A DNA stretch of 64,000 bases from Bdellovibrionota bacterium (GTDB lineage Bacteria > Bdellovibrionota_G > JALEGL01 > DATDPG01), in the NCBI GenBank assembly GCA_963668355.1, contig OY764265.1:1408001-1472000 (forward strand). The letters are read 5' to 3'. The notes under the pieces are model-generated. The model was not told the origin of the DNA. It was given only the letters and a program-made list of their open reading frames with translations, and searched no databases. Below are positions 1-8,422 of the stretch, piece by piece. Position numbers and translations under genes: made by a program. Within the stretch, counting starts at the first letter, position 1. The number at the start of each line of letters is the position of its first letter.

Positions 1-521
1 GAACGGATCGACATCCCGCTTCGCTTTCTCTTTTGTTGCTGGACATCGATTTCTTCAAGAAATTCAACGATGAGTATGGACATCCTGTGGGTGATTTTGT
101 GCTCAAAGAAATCGCTTCGTTTTTGCGCCGAATGGTTCGAAAGGTCGATACGGTGGCTCGATATGGGGGAGAAGAGTTTGCAATCGTGTTGGTGAACACT
201 CCCACGAAGGGCGCAAAGCAAATGGCTGACCGAATTGTGAATGAAGTGGCGCGAAGTCGATTCCAACACCAAGGATTGACCTTAAGAGTGTCTGTTTCCA
301 TTGGGGTCGCGACGTATCCAGATCACGCAACTCTGCGGGAAGATTTAATAGAGCGTGCGGATCGCGCTCTTTATGAATCCAAGGAACAAGGCCGAAATCA
401 AGCAACGTTGTATGATCGAAAATTCGGGAAAATGGAAAGCAAAGAGCGAGAAGAACGTTTGATTGATCAAGCGGAAGATCAGCTTAGAAAAATGGAGCAG
501 ACCGAATTGGCTCTGAGTTGA
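1..521 (+). CDS. Diguanylate cyclase (GGDEF), 5'-partial
   Basis: LLDIDFFKKFNDEYGHPVGD, RKVD I-site and RYGGEEF motifs; the frame is open back to the window edge (codon at position 3). Confidence 0.92.
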   Translation, partial: TDRHPASLSLLLLDIDFFKKFNDEYGHPVGDFVLKEIASFLRRMVRKVDTVARYGGEEFAIVLVNTPTKGAKQMADRIVNEVARSRFQHQGLTLRVSVSIGVATYPDHATLREDLIERADRALYESKEQGRNQATLYDRKFGKMESKEREERLIDQAEDQLRKMEQTELALS

Positions 522-1903
522 CCCCAACACAAATCCCGTCTAGCTTGCACATCGTGGACCTTTTTGAATATGCAGAAAATCAGTCCCCCGAGGAAGACGC
601 TTCGGAAGAAGGCGCTCATCAGATTGAAGAAAAAATATACTCGGTTGGCCAACTAACGGGTGAAATCAAAAGTTTGATTCGTTCCTGCTTTGGTCAAGAC
701 GGCATCTGGGTGAAGGGAGAGCTTTCCAATTTCAGAGGTCGGAATCAGTCCGGACATATGTATTTCAGTCTAAAGGATGATCGTGCAGTGCTGGGCTGCG
801 TGTTTTTTCGCGGATCCAATCGAAATCTCACGATTGATTTAAAGGAGGGGCAAGAAGTCCTCGCGTTTGGTCGAATTGATCTTTATGAGCCTCACGGCAA
901 ATATCAGATGGTGGTGGAGGAGATTCGTCCTGGAGGTGTGGGGGAGCTTTATCTTAAGTTTGAACAGCTTAAGAAGAAGTTGGAAGCCGAAGGGTTGTTT
1001 GATCCTGAAAAGAAGAAGTCCATTCCAGAATTTCCAGAAAAAATTGGTCTGGTTACCTCCTCAACCGGCGCCGTCATTCGAGACATCATTCATGTAACTC
1101 GACGGCGATTTCCGCATGTTCAGTTTTATTTGGTTCCCGTTCGTGTTCAGGGGGATGGTGCCGCCGGGGAAATTGCTAAGGCCATCGAAAACTTCAATCG
1201 CTTTGAACCCAAAATGGATTGTTTGATTGTCGGACGGGGAGGTGGATCGATCGAGGATCTTTGGGCCTTTAATGAAGAAGATGTCGCGAGAGCCATTTTC
1301 GCTTCCCACATTCCCGTTATATCGGCAGTGGGGCACCAAACCGATACGACCATTGCCGATTTTGTTGCGGATGTTCGGGCGGCGACTCCCTCCCAAGCGG
1401 CTGAAATTGCCGTGCCCGATGGGGAAGTCATGCAAAAGCGGGCACAACATCTCATGCGCCAAGTGCTCCAGAACCTATCCCAATCAAAAAACATGGCCCG
1501 ACAACGCTTGGATGCCCTGAAGCGTTCCGCGCCTCTGCGGGATCCTCGTACACTGATCCATACTCGTACACAGAGAGTGGATTTGGCAACCGAGCGAATG
1601 AGCACATATGTAAAACGGAAACAAACCGAAAGCTTAGAGCGTTGGCGACGCAGTTTGGATAAATTGAAAATTTTTCTTCCGAAATTTTTAGGTCCTCGAA
1701 AAGCGGCTTTTCAAAAAGCGGCCAGCAATCTTGACCTGCTCAGCCCCTTAGCCATTCTTTCTCGTGGATATTCGGTTGTGAGGAATGGAAAAGGCGAAAT
1801 TCTGAAAACGGTTCGAAACGTGAAGGTGAAAGAGGATGTAAACGTTCGATTGCATGAAGGAGAGATGCTTTGTCAGATCAAAAAGATCTTAAAGGGCTCA
1901 TAG
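518..1903 (+). CDS. xseA: Exodeoxyribonuclease VII large subunit
   Basis: WVKGELSNF..SGHMYFSLKD, GRGGGSIEDLWAFN, SAVGH, ATPS and LSPLAILSRGYS motifs. Confidence 0.95.
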   Translation: MTPTQIPSSLHIVDLFEYAENQSPEEDASEEGAHQIEEKIYSVGQLTGEIKSLIRSCFGQDGIWVKGELSNFRGRNQSGHMYFSLKDDRAVLGCVFFRGSNRNLTIDLKEGQEVLAFGRIDLYEPHGKYQMVVEEIRPGGVGELYLKFEQLKKKLEAEGLFDPEKKKSIPEFPEKIGLVTSSTGAVIRDIIHVTRRRFPHVQFYLVPVRVQGDGAAGEIAKAIENFNRFEPKMDCLIVGRGGGSIEDLWAFNEEDVARAIFASHIPVISAVGHQTDTTIADFVADVRAATPSQAAEIAVPDGEVMQKRAQHLMRQVLQNLSQSKNMARQRLDALKRSAPLRDPRTLIHTRTQRVDLATERMSTYVKRKQTESLERWRRSLDKLKIFLPKFLGPRKAAFQKAASNLDLLSPLAILSRGYSVVRNGKGEILKTVRNVKVKEDVNVRLHEGEMLCQIKKILKGS

Positions 1904-2103
1904 ACCATTTGGAACAGATTGTTTCGGACTTGCATGATGACGCGCTGTCCATGGATGAACGAATGGGAAAAGCCGAAAACGCCATGAAAGAGTACCGACG
2001 CTTTCGTCAATTTTTTCGAGAAAAGGCATTTGACGTTCGAACGCTCTCCTTTAAAGGGGGAAGTGCGGTCGAAAAGCCCTTTAATTGGAAGGACTTGGCT
2101 TAG
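1870..2103 (+). CDS. xseB: Exodeoxyribonuclease VII small subunit (divergent)
   Basis: 77 aa helical protein overlapping the xseA 3' end; LEQIVSDL...LSMDE pattern typical of XseB. Confidence 0.65.
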   Translation: MSDQKDLKGLIDHLEQIVSDLHDDALSMDERMGKAENAMKEYRRFRQFFREKAFDVRTLSFKGGSAVEKPFNWKDLA

Positions 2104-2161
2104 TTTTTATTCCCTCGGAAGGGATTGACGTTCGGCTGAAACTGCCTACATTACCTACGAT

Positions 2162-3076
2162 ATGCGGATCCATATTTTTGCCAGAAAGCGCTTCAATTAT
2201 TCGAATCGACGCTTTCGTGACGAGGCCAAACATCTCGGTTTTCAACTGAAGGTCATTGACCCTGCGGAATACGAGATGGTTTTGGGGAGGCAATCTCCGC
2301 TTTTGTTTCGAAATTCAAAACCCATCAAGGATGTCAATGTTGTCGTCCCTCGTATGGGGGCGTCCATTACAAATTATGCTTTGGCCGTGCTTTCCCAATT
2401 TGAAATGATGAATGTTCCCATTTTGAATCGCCCTTCGAATATTTTAAGAACCCGAAATAAATTGCGATGCCTTCAAATGCTGAGCCGGCATGACATCGAC
2501 ATTCCTCGGACCATTGTGGCGAGGTATCCGAGTGACCTGGAGAGTTCAGTGGAAATGGTCGGCGGATTTCCCGTTGTGTTAAAGCTCTTAAGTGGCTCTC
2601 AAGGGGTCGGTGTAATGATTGCCGAGAATATGCAGAGCATTCAATCAACGGTTGATACGTTGTGGAGTTTGGGACAAGACATTTTGATTCAGGAATGTGT
2701 TCAAGAATCCGTGGGACGTGATGTGCGTGTGATCGTTGTAGGTGGAAAAGTCGTGGCTGCCATGAGAAGACAGGCGCGGATTGGCGAGTTTCGCTCCAAT
2801 GTGCATCGAGGGGGGGTGGCGACAGCCATCGAACCTACAGACGATCAAGTGCGAATTGCGAAACAGGCGACGCAAATTGTGGGTTTGGACGTGGCTGGAG
2901 TGGATCTCTTGGAGTCTCATGAAGGGGCGAAAGTGATTGAGTTAAACTCCTCTCCTGGGCTGGAGGCCATCGAAAAAGTCACGGAAGTGAATATTGCACG
3001 AAAAATTTTGGAACATAGCGCGGTTTTGGTGGAAGAGCATGGTCGCTATCATCGAATTGATCCTGAGGCAGAATAA
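2162..3076 (+). CDS. rimK: RimK-family ATP-grasp alpha-L-glutamate ligase
   Basis: [29 protein letters not shown] and ELNSSPGLE motifs. Confidence 0.9.
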   Translation: MRIHIFARKRFNYSNRRFRDEAKHLGFQLKVIDPAEYEMVLGRQSPLLFRNSKPIKDVNVVVPRMGASITNYALAVLSQFEMMNVPILNRPSNILRTRNKLRCLQMLSRHDIDIPRTIVARYPSDLESSVEMVGGFPVVLKLLSGSQGVGVMIAENMQSIQSTVDTLWSLGQDILIQECVQESVGRDVRVIVVGGKVVAAMRRQARIGEFRSNVHRGGVATAIEPTDDQVRIAKQATQIVGLDVAGVDLLESHEGAKVIELNSSPGLEAIEKVTEVNIARKILEHSAVLVEEHGRYHRIDPEAE

Positions 3077-4035
3077 TGGCGGGAAAAGATTTTTATAAAA
3101 TTTTGGGAGTTGAAAAGACGGCATCCGTCGATGAAATCAAAAAGGCCTACCGAAAGCTGGCCAAAAAATGGCATCCCGATGTGAACCAAGGAGACAAAGC
3201 CGCAGAGGAGAAATTCAAAGAAATTACGGAAGCCTATGCGGTGTTGAATGATCCCAATAAGAGAAGGCAATACGATGCGATGGGGCCAGATGGTTTCCAA
3301 TCGGGCTTCGACTTTTCAGAGTTTTTCCGAGGAGGTTTTCGTCCTGGCGCAGGGGGAGGGCAGCGAACGTATCACTTCTCAGGAGACCGAGGTGGATTCA
3401 ATTTTGATGTAGGTGGATTGGAGGACATCTTTGAGTCCCTTTTTTCGGGGGGAATCGGACAAGGTAGAGCCCACGGCTTTCAACCCGGTGCGGGGTTTTA
3501 TCCGGGTGGAAATATGCGCGCGACCCCTTCCACCACATATCAAATGGATGTGGACTTTGTGACGGCCGCAAAGGGAGGAGAGGTGGATTTAGCCTTGGAG
3601 GGTGAGCGTGTTCGCGTCACCATTCCGGCGGGGGTTGAAAACGGACAAAAGATTCGTTTGGCGGGCAAAGGTCGGCGAGCGCCAACCGGTCAACGGGGTG
3701 ATTTGTATATTTCGCTTCGGGTGCAGCCACACTCCACATTCACACGAAAAGGATCGGATATTCACTTAGAGGTCCCGGTTACGATTGCCGAGGCGGGATT
3801 GGGGTCCACCCTTCAAGTTCCCACATTGGATGGTACATCGGAAGTCTCTCTGCCGGCAGGAACATCGAGTGGTTCCAGTCTCCGGCTTCGGGGGAAAGGC
3901 GCGTTCAATCGACAGGGCGGACGAGGCGATCAGTACATTAAGGTGAAGATCGTGCTTCCGAAGAAACTCAACTCCAAATCCATGGAACTTTTGAAGGAAT
4001 TCGAGAAGCTCAATCCTGGAAACCCAAGAGAGTAG
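3076..4035 (+). CDS. cbpA: DnaJ-class co-chaperone without zinc finger (CbpA-like)
   Basis: J domain with HPD, G/F-rich linker and DnaJ C-terminal domain; no CxxCxGxG repeats. Confidence 0.88.
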   Translation: MAGKDFYKILGVEKTASVDEIKKAYRKLAKKWHPDVNQGDKAAEEKFKEITEAYAVLNDPNKRRQYDAMGPDGFQSGFDFSEFFRGGFRPGAGGGQRTYHFSGDRGGFNFDVGGLEDIFESLFSGGIGQGRAHGFQPGAGFYPGGNMRATPSTTYQMDVDFVTAAKGGEVDLALEGERVRVTIPAGVENGQKIRLAGKGRRAPTGQRGDLYISLRVQPHSTFTRKGSDIHLEVPVTIAEAGLGSTLQVPTLDGTSEVSLPAGTSSGSSLRLRGKGAFNRQGGRGDQYIKVKIVLPKKLNSKSMELLKEFEKLNPGNPRE

Positions 4036-4042
4036 TCCGGGT

Positions 4043-4117
4043 TGGTGCCTCGAGCAGGAATCGAACCTGCATCACAAGCTTCGGAGGCTCGCATTCTATC
4101 CGTTGAACTATCGAGGC
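4043..4117 (-). tRNA. tRNA-Arg(CCG)
   Basis: Reverse complement GCCTCGATAGTTCAACGGATAGAATGCGAGCCT-CCG-AAGCTTGTGATGCAGGTTCGATTCCTGCTCGAGGCACCA; cloverleaf with encoded CCA. Confidence 0.95.
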
Positions 4118-4251
4118 GTAAGTATCGCTTTAGCATAAAATACTGGACCTTTTAAGCTTCTCGTATGATAGCGGATAGGGAGGTGCCTTGGCATGACCTG
4201 TTTTTCAGATCACACCAAGGCACTTTGGTCGCACGTTGTCGGGGAGGAAAA

Positions 4252-5436
4252 TCAGTCTTTTTTAACTTTTTTCGCGATCAATTCTCTTCGAGCCATTCCG
4301 ATGAGAAAGAGCGGAAGACACATGGTCACGAGGACGTTCCAAGGAGAGGCCTTTTCATTGCCAGAAACCGAACATCCTCCAGTCGAAGAGGAAAAACTCT
4401 CGGAAGATCCGTAGTCTCCATAGGAAGAGGAGTAAGAGCTTCCCTCAATATTGATGGCTCCCGCCAGACGCGTCATCTGGTTGTAAGCGTTGGAAACCAC
4501 TACATCGTAGCTTCCCGAAGATACTCCGTAGAGGTCAAAGGAAACGATCAGCTCTTGTTCTGTTGCACTCAGGACGCGTCCCGCGACATCTCCAGCATCT
4601 CCAGGAACGGCCAATAAGACGGCCGCATTTTCACCCAAAGCATCTCCACTTACCGTCACTGTGGCTGAAGTCGACATGCTGGTGTCGAGATTGCTGGGAA
4701 AGACCTCAAACACTTCGGGTCGTTCACGATTGTAGGAAGGATAAATTTGTGCCAAGGCTTGTCGATCATCGGTGTCTAAATCTCGGCGGAAGGTTTCTCC
4801 CGGACCCGAGGCGAAAAACATGGTTGCCAAATAAAGATCCGGAACATCTTCCCAGACATTTTCGGAAGAGTGGTCTAATCCCACGAAATGTCCGATCTCA
4901 TGAGTGGCAATGTTCTGGACATCAATGAAATTCCCATATTGTTCCTCTTCGGTATCGATCACAGCCCAATCGAAGAACTCCCCATTGAAGTGGATGTCAG
5001 AGTCCACGATTTCCATATTGGACGTCTTGTATGTTGAAATGGTAACGGCCAGGGCTTGGGTGGGAGGAGCGAAGGGAAGGGATGTCCAGCCCGACTCGGT
5101 CCAGATCAGTGTGTTCCTTCCATCGTATCCCGTTTGGCTAAAACGTTCAGGCGTGTCCTCAATGAATGAAAGGTTGGTTCCTGAAACTTCGGTCCACGAC
5201 TGAAAAGAGCGCTGGATTGCCGTTCGGATGCTTACACAAGGACCCGATTCATCACAACCATCCACGAAGTTGTCGCTTCCTCGCTCGTCAACCACATAAT
5301 GAATTTGATTGCTGTTCCAGCGTGTAAATTGCCCATCAAAAGAAACGATTTTAAATGCATAGAGGTCCTGGGTTCCGAAGAAACATAAAACAACCCCTAA
5401 ATTAAGTCCTACCAACGTGCCGCGAATACTTCTCAT
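4252..5436 (-). CDS. Matrixin/M10-family zinc metalloprotease with Ig/IPT-like domain and MYXO-CTERM-like C-terminal anchor
   Basis: Signal peptide after ATG 5436 (AGGGAG RBS); HEIGHFVGLDH zinc motif plus Met-turn (ATM); C-terminus GGCSV, hydrophobic helix, basic tail. Confidence 0.85.
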   Translation of the reverse strand: MRSIRGTLVGLNLGVVLCFFGTQDLYAFKIVSFDGQFTRWNSNQIHYVVDERGSDNFVDGCDESGPCVSIRTAIQRSFQSWTEVSGTNLSFIEDTPERFSQTGYDGRNTLIWTESGWTSLPFAPPTQALAVTISTYKTSNMEIVDSDIHFNGEFFDWAVIDTEEEQYGNFIDVQNIATHEIGHFVGLDHSSENVWEDVPDLYLATMFFASGPGETFRRDLDTDDRQALAQIYPSYNRERPEVFEVFPSNLDTSMSTSATVTVSGDALGENAAVLLAVPGDAGDVAGRVLSATEQELIVSFDLYGVSSGSYDVVVSNAYNQMTRLAGAINIEGSSYSSSYGDYGSSESFSSSTGGCSVSGNEKASPWNVLVTMCLPLFLIGMARRELIAKKVKKD

Positions 5437-5469
5437 TTTTTTCTCCCTTGCGCACTCTTTTCTCCCGTT

Positions 5470-5564
5470 GCGACATGTGTTCTCTAAGATGCACTCGATG
5501 AGCGCGCGTGAAGGAGTCAGCCAACGTTCAATATCCCCTTCGGTCAAGCGCACTTAGAGGTCGC
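5470..5564 (-). other. Long intercistronic RNA stem-loop
   Basis: Nested pairings GCGAC/GTCGC, CTCTAAG/CTTAGAG, TGCGCTTGA/TCGAGTGCA and GAAGGGG/CTCCTTC; the G-U pairs only work on the minus (mRNA) strand. Confidence 0.55.
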
Positions 5565-5581
5565 TGTGAATTCGATGAACG

Positions 5582-6169
5582 CTAGAGTTCACCTCCTCGA
5601 TCCGTGACTGAGTCACGAATCTCTTCGACCAATTGGGAAAGCGGGACTCGGCGAGATTCCGAAGAATGAACATGGTGTCGTTCAACTTTTCCATATGCAT
5701 TCTTTCGAGCAAACTCGTGCTCTTTTGGAACTTGATAAAGCGCCATTTCCTCGCCGTTTTGGAGACTTTTATAAATTCGATATTTGCCTTGAGTGATTCC
5801 TGTGAGTGTGGGGGCACCGTCTCGATCTTGTTTTAAAAACACCAAGGCGCGTTCACCCTTTTTGAAACGCATCATTCCGTGCACCACTTGGCCATATCCG
5901 TTGCTTTGGCCACCGGGTTGACGAATCAAGACTTCGGATTGTTTACTTCCTTTTAGGGTTTCGTCCACTCGAAGTTTGACGTAAGTAAAGATCATTCCGC
6001 GATCCGGATCGTAGCTGGACCAGCTTGAGGTGACTTTTCCGATGTGGACCCACTGAGAATCTTGGGTGAGTCCCTGGGTGTTCATTTCCTGTACCGAGGT
6101 GGCCTGGGCATTTGCCCAAGCCACCAGCGCCACTAAGGAGAGAGAGAGTGACAAAAAACTTTTCCTCAT
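5582..6169 (-). CDS. Secreted hypothetical protein, co-oriented upstream partner of the metalloprotease
   Basis: ATG 6169 with AAGGA RBS; signal peptide ending ANAQA; beta-rich body with LKG...QPGG...F..GE..LVFL pattern. Confidence 0.75.
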   Translation of the reverse strand: MRKSFLSLSLSLVALVAWANAQATSVQEMNTQGLTQDSQWVHIGKVTSSWSSYDPDRGMIFTYVKLRVDETLKGSKQSEVLIRQPGGQSNGYGQVVHGMMRFKKGERALVFLKQDRDGAPTLTGITQGKYRIYKSLQNGEEMALYQVPKEHEFARKNAYGKVERHHVHSSESRRVPLSQLVEEIRDSVTDRGGEL

Positions 6170-6440
6170 AACCTGTCCTTTCAACCAACGTGCCATTTTG
6201 GACAATTCATCCAACAAAATGCCGGACCAAATCGACATTTCGCTTTTTATGAGAAACCGTAAAAAGGGTGGGCTGCTGACTTGCTTGAGGCGGCCCGGGG
6301 AAGTTTTTCTTTTCCCCTTCTTACACTTTAGATATTACACGGCTGAAACCTAAAGACAAGTAAAAAGATAAAAAAGTTTCTGAGTGTATACAAAAGTTAC
6401 GGTTAGCTCTAAACAGTTGAAAACAAAGGAAATTATTTAA

Positions 6441-7838
6441 ATGACGGATCCAGTAAAAGTTAGATTTGCTCCCAGCCCCACAGGATTTTTGCATATCGGG
6501 GGGGCGCGGACGGCCCTGTTCAATTATCTCTATGCCAAAAAGCATCGAGGGGCCTTCGTGCTGCGTGTGGAAGACACGGACAAGGAACGCTCCACTCCAG
6601 AGGCTGTCGAGGCCATTTTGGATGGAATGAAGTGGCTTGGGTTAGATTGGGATGAAGGTCCGTTTTTCCAAAGTCAGCGGACCGAGGAGTACACCAAAAG
6701 ACTAAAAATCTTGGAAGAAAAGGGCTGGGTATATCGCTGTTATTGTAAACCGGAAGAGTTGGAGGAGCGTCGCCAAGCGCAAAAGGCTGCGGGTCAACCC
6801 ATGAAATATGATGGTCGCTGCAGAGAGCTGATCGGAAAGGAACTCGATCAACCCTATACCTTGCGTTTTAAGGTTCCTGAAGGGGTAACCGAAATCGATG
6901 ATTTGCTACGTGGAAAGGTCCAATTTGACCATCGGGAGATTGAAGATTTGGTTCTCGCGCGAAGTGATGGAAGCCCAACTTACAATTTTGTCGTTGTCGT
7001 GGATGATTCGGATATGGGGATCACGCATGTGATTCGAGGAGACGACCACCTAAACAACACGCCCAAACAAGTCCTCTTGTACAAAGCTTTGGGTGTTCCC
7101 GTTCCAAAATTCGCCCATCTGCCACTCATTCTAGGGCAGGATAAGAAGCGTTTGTCCAAGCGGCACGGTGCGACCTCGGTCCAGTCGTATCGAGAAATGG
7201 GTTTTCTTTCCCATGCAGTGGTGAATTTCTTGGCTCGAATCGGATGGTCTCATGGCGATCAAGAGGTATTCTCCAAGGAAGAATTGATCGAAAAATTTGA
7301 TTTAGACCATGTGGGAAGTTCTGCAGGTGTCTTCAATGAGGAGAAGCTGCTTTGGTTGAATCAACATTACATCAAGGAATCTTCGGATGAGTTTTTGTTG
7401 GATGGGATATCCAAGTTTTTAGATGTTTCTCCGGATCGTCGAAAAGATCCAGGGTGTGCCCTTTTGCTTAGAACCCTGCGGGATCGCTCACAAACCTTGA
7501 AGGAAATGGCTGAAAAATCTGCCTTCTTTTTTTCGGAGAGTGTCTCGTTTGACGAAAAGGCGGTTTCAAAGTTTTTCAAGGCTGACGTTCTGGACCCCTT
7601 TCGAAAACTAAAACAAGTGTTCGAATCCCTGGAAGACATGTCAGAGGATGTCGTGAAGCCAAGATTTCAGGAGTTGTTGAGTGAACTCGATTTGAAAATG
7701 GGTAAGCTGGCTCAACCGCTTCGCGTGGCTCTCGTAGGCGGGACAACCAGTCCCGGTATCTTTGAAGTGATCGAAATGCTTGGAAAAGAACGCGTGTTAA
7801 AGCGTCTCGAAACAGCGATCAAAATGATTGAGTCGTAA
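6441..7838 (+). CDS. gltX: Glutamate--tRNA ligase
   Basis: RFAPSPTGFLHIGG (HIGH), THVIRGDDH and RLSKR (KMSKS) motifs; C-terminal anticodon-binding domain. Confidence 0.97.
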   Translation: MTDPVKVRFAPSPTGFLHIGGARTALFNYLYAKKHRGAFVLRVEDTDKERSTPEAVEAILDGMKWLGLDWDEGPFFQSQRTEEYTKRLKILEEKGWVYRCYCKPEELEERRQAQKAAGQPMKYDGRCRELIGKELDQPYTLRFKVPEGVTEIDDLLRGKVQFDHREIEDLVLARSDGSPTYNFVVVVDDSDMGITHVIRGDDHLNNTPKQVLLYKALGVPVPKFAHLPLILGQDKKRLSKRHGATSVQSYREMGFLSHAVVNFLARIGWSHGDQEVFSKEELIEKFDLDHVGSSAGVFNEEKLLWLNQHYIKESSDEFLLDGISKFLDVSPDRRKDPGCALLLRTLRDRSQTLKEMAEKSAFFFSESVSFDEKAVSKFFKADVLDPFRKLKQVFESLEDMSEDVVKPRFQELLSELDLKMGKLAQPLRVALVGGTTSPGIFEVIEMLGKERVLKRLETAIKMIES

Positions 7839-7840
7839 GC

Positions 7841-8299
7841 CTATTGCTGTTTCCGCATGGATCGACGAATTTGAGCCGCTTGATCGGTTAAGGCCATTTC
7901 GCCATATTCGGCCACGATGGTGTCAAAGACCTCCCGAAAAGGTCGGTCTACTTCCATGAGTTTTCGAACAAAGCTGCGACGTTTTTCCGTGTCTCCTCCC
8001 CGACAAGTGGGGGCGTCAAGCGTCAAAAGTTTGTCTGTCGGACATTTGAGAGACGCAAGAACCATCATGGCTGGATCAAACTCTTCTTGGGCATCTCCTG
8101 CATGAGGATTGCTGGCCGAAGGGGTCATTTGTGCATGAGGATTGCTCATCCCATGAGGGTTGGAGAGGGATGACATATGGGGGTTGACCTGCGTGTTTTG
8201 AGGTTTTTGCTCCGCTGTTTGGATGATTTGAACTAACAGAAGAAATGCAATGATGGCCAATAAAATGGACGTGGTACTCGGTTTCGATAAAAAACTCAC
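7841..8299 (-). CDS. Membrane-anchored protein with NPH repeats and a CcmH/NrfF-like C-terminal domain
   Basis: N-terminal TM; four NPH motifs; LKCP...C...RR..VR..M....F..I...YGE..L pattern resembling CcmH. Confidence 0.55.
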   Translation of the reverse strand: MSFLSKPSTTSILLAIIAFLLLVQIIQTAEQKPQNTQVNPHMSSLSNPHGMSNPHAQMTPSASNPHAGDAQEEFDPAMMVLASLKCPTDKLLTLDAPTCRGGDTEKRRSFVRKLMEVDRPFREVFDTIVAEYGEMALTDQAAQIRRSMRKQQ

Positions 8300-8422
8300 A
8301 ATCTCATCCTCTCTTTTAGATCCCTCGACAAGCGCCTCCTATATATACGGTGAGACAGGCACTTCTTTTTTCAAAAAACAGGTTAAACCTGTCTTTTCCA
8401 GTTTCGTCAATCCCCTAGGTCC

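Noticed and set aside
5470..5564. Hairpin as SRP RNA or 6S RNA
   Set aside because: No SRP domain IV motif, and too short for 6S RNA
6180..6196. Sigma54-like TGGCACGTTGGTTGAA on the minus strand
   Set aside because: The -12 element is GA rather than GC, and the implied start site would fall on the ATG and remove the RBS
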